From positions 1 through 7,525 of the forward strand of contig JBJCIZ010000045.1 in the NCBI GenBank assembly GCA_051294375.1: a stretch of DNA of 7,525 nt, given 5' to 3'. Made by a program: the position numbers and the translations under genes. This stretch comes from Paraspadella gotoi. Its lineage: Eukaryota > Animalia > Chaetognatha. Within the stretch, counting starts at the first letter, position 1. Each line of letters starts with the position of its first letter. Shown in pieces: positions 1 through 7,525 of the stretch. Under the pieces are notes generated by a model, which was not told the DNA's origin, ran no database searches, and was given only the letters and a program-made list of their open reading frames with translations.

Positions 1-384
1 CCGTTTTTCTCCCCAGACTTGACCATAGCAAGAAAGTTTATTATTAAACTTAGCCTAAAAATAAGGAAAGTCGCGAATAAAAAAAGGACAAAAGTAAAGC
101 GGCGAAAAAAAAAGAAAAGTATACTGATCGCGCCAAACATTACTATCAAAGAAAATTAATGAAAATATCCAAAAAAAAAAAACGAATGATTGAGGCGACA
201 ACGAATTATTGATGTTGTAGTGACTCAAATGACGAAGATGACAAAGTCGAAGATCGTGACCTTACCATTCATCACTGGTAAATCTCACCACTCAACCATT
301 TAATGGAGGAAAGTTCCTTACTGTTGAGCGTTACCAACGCTAATTCTGTTATTTTTATTATTATTATATTTTATGTGATGCAAT

Positions 385-736
385 AATAATTGATTGATTT
401 AATAGTAATTGATTGATTGATTTAATAGTAATTGATTGATTGATATAATAATAATTGATTGATGTGATGATAACCAATTATTGATGCGATAATAACCAAA
501 TATTAATACGATAATAACCAAATATTAATGCGATAATAATCAAATATTAATGCGATAATAACCAAATATTGATGCAATAACCAAATATTGATGCAATGAT
601 AACCAAATATTAATGCGGTAATAACTAATAATTGATACGATGATAACCAATAATTGATACGATGATAACCAATAATTGATGCATATTTTATCTACAAGGA
701 ATGACTCATCACATCAAGGAATGACTATCATCGCAT
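385..736. repeat. Compound minisatellite: 23-bp TAATTGATTGATTGATTTAATAG x~3, then ~22-bp ATAACCAAATATT(A/G)ATGCGATA x~9-10, then two inverted units
   Basis: Tandem periodicity read directly from the sequence. Confidence 0.9.
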
Positions 737-741
737 GTATG

Positions 742-906
742 AGGGAAAAAGAGAAAAAGAGAGAGAAAAAAAAAGAGAGCGCGACATATAATTAAAAGTC
801 CAGCCGCTGTAGAGCTTAACTCGTTTTTAAACGAATCAGAAGAGGCAGCAACGGATAAAAAGAGAGAGAGAGATAGAGGGAAGCTGGACAGCCGCTGCAG
901 AGCTGA
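742..906 (+). repeat. Two units of a GA-rich purine tract followed by CAGCCGCTG(T/C)AGAGCT
   Basis: Motif at 801-816 and 889-904, each preceded by an (AG/A)n tract. Only one unit is present in copy 2 (about 5258-5318). Confidence 0.7.
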
Positions 907-1287
907 ACCTATTTATATATATAAAAATTGTTTTGTAAATAACACAAACAAATGCGTGTAGCAATATGAAAGTAAATCTAAAAGATCTTGCTGATTAGAA
1001 GCTATATCTAAATTTTTAGCTTCCTATAGTAAAAAAGCGTGACGACGACGACGGTCACAAAGAAGCAGAAGCGAACCAACATCTCAGATAAAAACATGTT
1101 ATTTGTTAATGAATATTGAAACAAAGGTATACTGCGGATTAGTCCTAATAATGAATCATTCCTATCAACTAAAATAACGAAATTTAATGGCCTTGAAATA
1201 AAAATAATACTGGATATCAAAAATATTATGGTTTAGATTTAAGGAATGTTTTAATGGGCTTGTGCATGAAGTTGTTATCACTCAACA

Positions 1288-1293
1288 TTTATT
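1288..1293 (-). promoter_or_regulatory. Candidate polyadenylation signal AATAAA of the methyltransferase gene
   Basis: AATAAA on the minus strand about 67 nt after the stop codon, retained in the right copy at 5667-5672. The AT-rich context makes a chance match possible. Confidence 0.45.
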
Positions 1294-1359
1294 TGAACAT
1301 AAACAGTCACATTAGGAACTAAATTTCGGAAACTTTTCCGGGGCAAAGTTCATTTAATT

Positions 1360-1524
1360 TTAGTCTTTTAATGACGGCTTATGCGCATATATGGCTTGAA
1401 AACTTCCCCATTCCGTTGATACCGTCTTCATCTCAATGTCAACAAAGCCAGAATTTATCAACGCCTTTTGATAACGATCGGGGCTCGTTTGTGTTGTCGT
1501 GAGAAAGCCCTTTGAAATTGATTC
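1360..1524 (-). CDS. Methyltransferase terminal exon D, intact (absent from the ORF track)
   Basis: Acceptor ataatAG (1526-1525), phase 0, open for 54 codons: ESISKGFLTTTQTSPDRYQKALINSGFVDIEMKTVSTEWGSFQAIYAHKPSLKD-TAA. The LxxxGFxxI motif and final beta strand are typical of class I methyltransferase C-termini. Confidence 0.88.
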   Translation of the reverse strand, partial: ESISKGFLTTTQTSPDRYQKALINSGFVDIEMKTVSTEWGSFQAIYAHKPSLKD

Positions 1525-1580
1525 CTATTATCATGGAACAAATTCCAAAATGAACTCTTTTTACTCTTCTATGAAATTTC

Positions 1581-1797
1581 AACCTAAAACTAATCTGATG
1601 CAACAAGAATAGGTTTTACAAATCTGGATTGGCAACGGGGAGACATGCGTGATGCCCGGGGTGTGAGGCATCTCCCAACAGCTGGCGCTCAGGGCTTTGG
1701 ACCTGCAGTGACCCCCCAAGTGACTAGCGTAACCGTGAGGGGATTGAACCCAGAACTCACAGTTGGTGAACAAGTACTTAGCTGTCCAAGCCAATGG
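1581..1797 (-). mobile_element. tRNA-derived SINE-like element in the last methyltransferase intron
   Basis: Minus strand has a Pol III A-box-like TGGCTTGGACAG (1793-1782) and a B-box GGTTCAATCC (1750-1741) at tRNA-like spacing, followed by a GC-richer non-tRNA body in AT-rich intron. Boundaries approximate. Confidence 0.6.
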
Positions 1798-2130
1798 GAC
1801 AAGTTGAGTTTCACCAAGCTAGACACCAACAAATATTATTTTGAGGTATGTATGTATGTACTATAATTCTTTAAAAAGTTTAATATATTATAACATTTAA
1901 ATGAATGCTTCTAATTAATATTTATTGGTGTCAAAATGAAGCCTTTTTTAAACTTTAAAATAATTTGTTTCAAATAGTTTGCCAAAATTTTCCTTTTTTT
2001 TTTAAAAATTTGAAACAAAGTCTAGCCAATGCTCAATTAAGGTTTCGCTCATGAGAACAACCTTGAATTTAAACCCATTCAGGCCATCTTACAAAATTGG
2101 GTTGTCCCTCTTTCCCCTCTCCGTTTCTCT

Positions 2131-2200
2131 TAGACTCCCGGGATAGTAGCCCCACATCGGCCGACTGTCGGTTTTAAACCGACTGGACGGACCTCACGCA
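2131..2200. repeat. GC-rich palindromic motif cluster, possible DNA transposon end
   Basis: Overlapping inverted repeats TCGGCCGA (2157-2164), CCGAC-T-GTCGG (2161-2171) and GTCGGTTT-T-AAACCGAC (2167-2183); also present at about 6588-6655. Confidence 0.45.
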
Positions 2201-2319
2201 CGAATACACGCTCGGAAACACACGCACAAACGTAAACGCTTTGAGTATTTATGGTTTTGATTCGTAGTACATTACAAGATATAAATGTTATTATGACTTT
2301 CTTAACATATAGAGCAAAC

Positions 2320-2363
2320 CTTTAGCCCGTTCAAGTTGAGGGCGGCCAACATCAGGCCACCTG
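2320..2363 (-). CDS. Methyltransferase exon C, intact 3' end (left copy, truncated by the gap)
   Basis: Reads (P)GGLMLAALNLNGLK then donor AAG|GTTTGC at 2319, phase 0. Matches 6788-6838 apart from the insertion and one substitution. Confidence 0.85.
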
Positions 2364-2388
2364 NNNNNNNNNNNNNNNNNNNNNNNNN
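2364..2388. other. Assembly gap (25 N)
   Basis: Run of 25 N at the junction between the left duplicate copy and the noisy right-hand sequence. Confidence 0.99.
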
Positions 2389-3925
2389 ATTCTCTACCCG
2401 TGACCAGCGACGCAGCGCCCGGTCGGACGAGGATCAAGTTCGCGTGGAATTTCCCGATGTTACCATAACAGTTGCGACCCCAACTGATAATAAAGAAAGT
2501 GCTTTTTTCGAAATGGAAAAATGGGAGAAGCTCAGATGAAAATAATCAACCTGATAAATCTCCCTTTGCTCGTCTGAGCAAAAGGTGCGTCCAGCCCGCG
2601 ACAAACTTCCTCAACGCGCCGAACGGGGCAACCAAGAGGATCGTTGGCTCCTCGGCTAAGCGCAGTGCGTCCAGGATCGACCCGAGTGGCCGAATCTATT
2701 GCAGCCCCAAAGAACCACAGCGCGCGTCGCCTGACTCCCGAGGCCGGCAAGAGCAGCCCAGAGTGAAAGCTTCGGCAAGAGTCGAGCCTCGGCCGGAGAC
2801 AGTCCGGAAGAGTCTTCGGCGGCGAGGCAGCGTCAACGACGTCTCCGAACGCAACGAACCCAAAGGCTTTTGCCGCGCGCCGCTCCGCCCTCATCGGCGG
2901 CGCGTCCAGTTGGCCGCGCGACCGGCGCGCGCACATCATAACGCAACCGGGACTGTCACGACGAGAGAGTGGCGCACCCAGCGGCGACGCTAACGACTTT
3001 TTTCGATGGAACTCGATGTGCCCAGAATGACGGCTGGCATTGTGGCATGACGTCGATCGGCGATCGGCCAATGAGATGCTGGAGGCGACGCCAAGTTGCC
3101 CAAAGGCGTGCGATCGAGGGCGCGAACTACTTCCGTCAACTGAAATTTTTCCCTTCGTTATGACCAATCAGTCAATTATTTTTTATCCTTGTTATGATTT
3201 CTTCCTTTACCCGAGACGGCAAGCGTGTGATCCCAACCGCAAGCGACGCTCACTATTTCTGGCGAATTGGTTGTCGCAGAGCGAGAGGAAAATTAGAGCG
3301 AGAACTTCAAAGGTGCGTGGGAATGACCGAATCCCACTGCCGCGAGACATTTTCATCCGGCGTCTCTCGCCTCCCCAGATTCTCGTTCGGCGGAGAGTCG
3401 CCGCGTCTCCGGCAGAAGCGCCGGACTCAGAGGGAGTCGAACGCCTCCTCGACGATTCGCATCGGCTGCGTTGACGTTGTCGGCGGCAGATCAAGTACGA
3501 TCAGGCGGAGCGATGGTTACTTTAGGGTACTACATGCTAGTCGATTCTAAATATTTATTATAGTTCAAGCTTCTAACCATTGTCAACTAAACTTGACGCG
3601 AACTCACCTTTCTCGCTTTGACCCAATCCTAACTGGCCTCTGTCATTGAGAACCGCACGATCGCAATGAGCCGTCGAGAGGATGACGAATGAGTGACCGC
3701 CTCCGCCACCAATCTCTGCCCCTGACGAGAGGCTACCGTTGGCGTCGTGCAGTCGGAACCGCTCCGGCGCCAGAACATCGTCGGTGTGGCCTGGCCTAGT
3801 TGACCGTAACTGTTCGCCCCCTTGATTCGACGGAGATCACGTCAAGTCAAGAATTGGCGAGCGCGCTTATGGAAGCGAATTCGAATCACACAACTCACCC
3901 AACTTAGGAAAATCTGTCCAGACAT
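2389..3925 (-). CDS. SERGEF: RCC1-repeat beta-propeller protein, SERGEF/DelGEF-like; spliced, 3'-truncated at the gap, frameshifted
   Basis: Exon 1 (3925-3899) MSGQIFLSW joins exon 2 (3820-3608) GANSYGQLGQ.HTDDVLAP...IGGGGGHSFVILS...LNDRGQLGLG. Further fragments in order: IVSVACGWDHTLAVS|VDG, SHAFGQLGV, EKVVSVAAG, LWGCNRFG, VAGWTHL.AQTSKGRFIS|WGRNCYG, LVTGRE. These are collinear with human SERGEF as I recall it (WGANSYGQLG, ITGGGGHS, VACGWD, SFGQLGV, EKVVCIAAG, WGSNKHG, SGWTHLVAQTETGK, WGRADYG, SCGSEH). GT-AG introns at 3898-3821, 3607-3547, 3210-3140 and 2550-2484. Confidence 0.88.
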
Positions 3926-4304
3926 TTTTCTCTCCGTTTTCCCCCAGACTTGACCATAGCAAGAAAGTTTAATATTAAACTTACCTAAATAAAAGTCGCG
4001 AATAAAAAAAGGACAAAAATAAAGCGGCGAAAAAAAATGAAAAATCTGACTATGGATATGCAAAATTGCTATACGGTTTTAGGCGGGCAAGCCCCGAACT
4101 CCAAAGCACTAGAATATTTTAAGCAACTATTTAAGTTGTAAGCACAAAATCGATATATTATATTTTAGTATGCTTCAGAAACCTAGTAATAATTAAAAAA
4201 TTCTTAAAAGTATCGTTGATCTGCCAGACGTTACTATCAAAGAGAAATTAATGAAAAACATCCTGAAAAAGACGAATGATTGAGAGATAACGATATTTAT
4301 AGAT

Positions 4305-5230
4305 GTAATTAGTATTGATTGATTGATTGATAAAATAGATTATTGAGATTAAGTAATTATGATATAATAGTAATGTGTATAATAGAATTAGATTAAATTA
4401 ATTGGATTAATATGATATAATAATAGATTGATTAGCTATAATAATAATTAATTGATATAATATATATTTATGCATTACCAAATTATCAGATGATAACCAA
4501 TTATTGATGCAATACAGATTAACCAATGATATAGCGATATCATTAATTGATGCGATGATAACATTCTTGATTGCGATATAGCATCATTGTGCGATGATAG
4601 TTCATTGATGCATGAACATGATGCGAAGATAAGTCTCATGATCGATTGTGATTCATGATGCATAGTATATTATGTCGTATTTCATTGATCGTGATAGTCA
4701 TCATGATGGTTATAGTATTCATTGATCAATATATCATTGCGATGATAAGTCATTCATTGATGCGATGATAGTCATTTCATTGATGCGATTGTATTTGGAA
4801 TGATAAGTCATTCATTGACGCGATGATAGTCATTCATGATGCGATATAATCATTCACGTGCATGATAGTCATTCATTGACGTGGAATGATAGTCATTCTA
4901 TTGACGAGATGATAGTCATTGCATGATAGTCTCATGACCGATGATAATCATTGGCGAGATAGATATGACGCGATGATAGTCATTCAATTGAACGCGATAT
5001 ATCAATTCATTGACGCGAGATAGTCATTCATTGACAGCGCCAGAATAGTCATTCATTGACGCCCAAACGTCATCATACGCATGATAGTCTCTCGCGACTC
5101 GATGATGACAGACGCATGATATACTCATTGTATTGCATGCGACGATATTTATTACTGGCAACGATAGTCATTCGTTGACACGATAAGCATCGTTGCGAAG
5201 CTTTGCGCATCGGACGATGAGTCATTCATT
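4305..5230. repeat. Longer version of the minisatellite, dominated by ~22-bp GCGATGATAGTCATTCATTGA(C/T) units
   Basis: Degenerate ATTG-rich units, then GATAACCAAT-type units (about 4490-4560), then many GATAGTCATTCATTGA units up to 5230. Confidence 0.88.
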
Positions 5231-5739
5231 GTAAATAAAATATGCGTGTGATGAGTGAGAGAAGAAGAGAAAAAAGGAGAGAGAGAGGAGAGAAGCTGGA
5301 CAGCCGCTGCAGCAGCTACTTAAGAAGCTATATTACTAATTTTAGCCATTCCGATAGTTACACACTTTTACAATTCCAGCTGGTAAAAAAGCGTGACAAC
5401 GATGATAACTGGCACAAAGAGACAGAAACATCCAACATCACGCCAACGGTTCGCCGACGTAGAGAAACAACATGAACTCGTATGTTGATTTGTAATGAAT
5501 ATTGACAAAAGTATACTGCGATTAGTCTTAGTAATAAGATATGTCCTTTCAACTAATAACGAAATTCAATGGCCTTGAAATAAAAATAAACCTAAATCAA
5601 AATTATTATGCGTTTAGATTTTAAGGAATGTTTTAATGGCTTGTCCATGAAGTTTATCACTCAACATTTATTATGAACATAAAAATTCATATTAGGAACT
5701 CAATTTCGGAAACTTTTCGCGGAAAAAGTTCATTTAATT

Positions 5740-5905
5740 TTAGTCTTTTAATGGGAGGCTATACGCATATATGGCTTGAAAACTTCCCCATGTCCGTTGG
5801 ATACCGTCGTTCATCTCAATCGTCACAAAGCCAGAATTTATCAACGCCTTTTGATAACGATCGGGCTCGTTTGTGTTGTCGTGAGAAAGCCCTTGAAATT
5901 GATTC
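5740..5905 (-). pseudogene. Frameshifted copy of the methyltransferase terminal exon (probably read error rather than a true pseudogene)
   Basis: Aligns to the intact exon at 1360-1524 with many 1-nt indels. Fragments PDRYQKALINSGFV and WGSFQAIYA are visible in the 5740..5931 ORF. Confidence 0.8.
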
Positions 5906-5985
5906 CTAATTATCATGGAACAAATTAACAAAGATAACTCTTTTTTACTGATTCTATTAAATTTCTACATGAGTATTTAACCATC

Positions 5986-6240
5986 AACCTAAAAACTAAT
6001 CTGATTTCAACAAGAATAGGTTTTAACTACTCGTGAGTTCCGCAACTGTATGATGCCCGGGGTGTGAGCATACTCCCAACAGCTGGCGGCTCAGTGCTTT
6101 GACCTGCCAGGACCACCCCAAGTGACTGGGACGTTTAATGCCGACATCATCACACTTAACCAGCGTGACCGTGAGGGTATTTAACCCCAGAGAACTCACA
6201 GTTGTGAAACCAGTAACTTAGCTGTCCAAGCACAAATGGG
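5986..6240 (-). mobile_element. Second copy of the SINE-like element, with an extra ~35-nt internal segment
   Basis: Aligns to 1581-1797; extra sequence at about 6128-6161. Confidence 0.55.
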
Positions 6241-6787
6241 TTTCAACCAAGCCTCTACAGGAGGCAAATTAGATTCTGCCCACATCTAAAACCTAAAATT
6301 AATCTGATGCAACAAGGACTAGTTTTACAATTCTGCGATTGACCACAACTTTGCTCCTAAAGATTATAAAATAACAGAATACACCATCAGGACCAATACT
6401 AGACTGCCAAATTTTTTCATCTTTTTACGCAGTTTAACACTATAGTACAAATTGTGCCCTACAAGTGCCTTAATTTTTTGGTTTCACTTTTTTGTTTTCA
6501 AAAATTTAACTATTAATTGCTAACAAGCTTCTTAAAAAAGCTTAAAAAAATTGAGGTTTTTAAGCTAAATTGAAGTGAACAATTAGGTAGACTCCCGCGT
6601 GATAGTAGCTCCACATCGGCCGACTGTCGGTTTTAAACCGCACTGGACGCTCCTCAACGCTGCGCACAGCCACTAACAACTGTAAAAACACTAAAATTTT
6701 TGCTTGAGTATTTATGCGTTTTTGATTTCGTAGTACTATGGTTATATTATGACTTTTTCTTAATTAACTTCATCGTATACAGCAAAC

Positions 6788-6954
6788 CTTAAGCCGTTGG
6801 CCCGTTCAAGTTGAGGGCGGCCAACATCAGGCCACCTGGCTTCAATATCCTGTTCATTTCCATTGCTCCATTCAAAATACTAGGCCAAAAGTAGAAGCAA
6901 TTCACATGAAATATTCGGTCAAATAAGTTGTCATGAAATTCCGTTTTATCAACA
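6788..6954 (-). CDS. SAM-dependent methyltransferase exon C; 3' end corrupted in this copy
   Basis: Acceptor ttctttttAG (6956-6955), phase 2, gives S-VDKTEFHDNLFDRIFHVNCFYFWPSILNGAMEMNRILKPGGLMLAALNLNG with the FDxI and RILKPGG motifs. A 7-nt insertion (6794-6800) relative to the left copy produces TAA at 6791-6789, just before the GTTTGC donor. Confidence 0.9.
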
Positions 6955-7167
6955 CTAAAAAGAATTACCGGCAAAGTGAGATATAGGTAGGAAAGAAATT
7001 GAGATGTATAAAGGAAACAATATCTCCTCGCGATAACGCTGGTAATTTGTATTACAGAAGGCAAAATTAAAATATTGTCATGCTGCTTTATTTTTAAAAA
7101 AGTTACAAGAATTTTAATTAATAAATTACTGATAAAATGTAGTATATAGATTATATTTTTTGGCTAC

Positions 7168-7346
7168 CTGTGATTTGAAATTTTTAATCTTCCTGTCTTA
7201 ATTTCCGAAGAAACTAATTTAGAAGCGTCTTGGATCATTTTAGTCGAGACATCAATTCCATAAACTTCACCAGAGTCAACGAACTTAAATGACTCCTTTA
7301 GACCATGGCCGGGTCCAAATCCAACCTCTAAAACTCGGTGATGACC
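7168..7346 (-). CDS. SAM-dependent methyltransferase exon B (motif I and acidic motif II)
   Basis: GHHRVLEVGFGPGHGLKESFKFVDSGEVYGIDVSTKMIQDASKLVSSEIKTGRLKISNH contains SAM-binding motif I (VLEVGFGPG) and VYGIDVS. Acceptor AG at 7348-7347; donor CAG|GTAG at 7167, phase 2. Confidence 0.92.
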
Positions 7347-7436
7347 CTTGCAATACCAAAAGGTTGTAGATTCCAGAAAAAACGTCTCCAAAAATTGAAA
7401 TGCTTGCTTGCTATTTCCTTTGTTATTATTACTTAC

Positions 7437-7525
7437 CTCAATTTCTAATAATTCGACAGCGCTTATGGTCATTTTCCTATTTCTTTTTGATAAAATATGA
7501 GCAATCATCAACCCTAAAGGGGAGC
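7437..7525 (-). CDS. Class I SAM-dependent methyltransferase (Methyltransf_11/YdaC-like), exon A, 5'-partial (start lies beyond the window)
   Basis: Reads SPLGLMIAHILSKRNRKMTISAVELLEIE and ends at a consensus donor GAG|GTAAGT (intron starts at 7436). It splices in phase 0 to GHHRVLEVGFGPG, restoring the usual AVxLLxIxxxxRVLExGxGxG spacing. Confidence 0.85.

Larger units (their letters stand above)
1..2363 (+). repeat. Direct duplication, copy 1 (probably extends left of the window)
   Basis: Collinear blocks shared with 3934-6838: 1-120/3934-4045, 115-215/4205-4305, 865-905/5265-5318, 996-1820/5322-6253, 2131-2363/6588-6838 (block edges approximate). Confidence 0.95.
3934..6838 (+). repeat. 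Direct duplication, copy 2 (indel-rich)
   Basis: Same blocks as copy 1 with dense single-base indels and several copy-specific segments. Confidence 0.95.

Noticed and set aside
385-736. CRISPR-like array
   Set aside because: Units are head-to-tail with no unique spacers, there are no cas genes, and the context is eukaryotic. The same applies to 4305-5230.
1590-1625. Hammerhead ribozyme core near CTGATG
   Set aside because: The sequence is CTGATGC rather than CTGANGA, and there is no GAAA with supporting stems.
1725-1797. Functional tRNA gene
   Set aside because: A and B boxes are present but I could not fold convincing acceptor and anticodon stems, and the sequence continues into a SINE-like body.
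1008-1866. Short ORFs 1008..1220, 1579..1794 and 1645..1866, and likewise 4475..4663, 5242..5475, 5358..5552 and 5673..5909
   Set aside because: Frames are not conserved between the duplicate copies, they lack motifs, and they overlap repeats, downstream non-coding sequence or the antisense strand of real exons.
2336-3550. Plus-strand ORFs (2336, 2472, 2969, 3040, 3194) as genes
   Set aside because: They are Arg/Ser-rich antisense shadows of GC-rich SERGEF exons with no recognisable motifs; one spans the N gap.
2389-3925. GC-rich island as bacterial contamination, prophage or retroelement
   Set aside because: It has GT-AG introns and SERGEF-like RCC1 motifs, and runs continuously into host sequence at 3934.
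3978-3995. Recursive-splice-like TTTAG|GTAAGT on the minus strand upstream of SERGEF
   Set aside because: Not preserved in copy 1 (CTTAGCCTAAAA at about 50-61) and lies in error-prone sequence.
6789-6800. Genuine short methyltransferase isoform ending NGPTA-stop
   Set aside because: The stop arises from a 7-nt insertion at the edge of the noisy region; the left copy reads NGLK and splices in frame to an intact terminal exon.

Overview
Eukaryotic, probably invertebrate animal, genomic DNA with two spliced minus-strand genes that the ORF track does not resolve. The first is a class I SAM-dependent methyltransferase (Methyltransf_11/YdaC-like) with exons at 7437->7525, 7168-7346, 6788-6954 and a terminal exon at 5740-5905 (corrupted) or 1360-1524 (intact). 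The second is an RCC1-repeat gene closely resembling SERGEF/DelGEF (ATG at 3925, running into the gap at 2389), broken by many frameshifts. Bases 1-2363 are repeated at about 3934-6838 across a 25-N gap. The right copy has dense 1-nt indels, and the two copies also differ by several block insertions and replacements. The simplest explanation is a false duplication: a gap overfilled with a noisy long read from the other haplotype. A real tandem duplication with a decaying copy is not excluded. The region also contains a 22-23 bp minisatellite whose unit changes along the array, a tRNA-derived SINE-like element and a palindromic repeat end. I found no convincing novel biological system; the best leads are the bacterial-like AT-rich methyltransferase, its stop-free 90-nt intron and the inverted minisatellite units.
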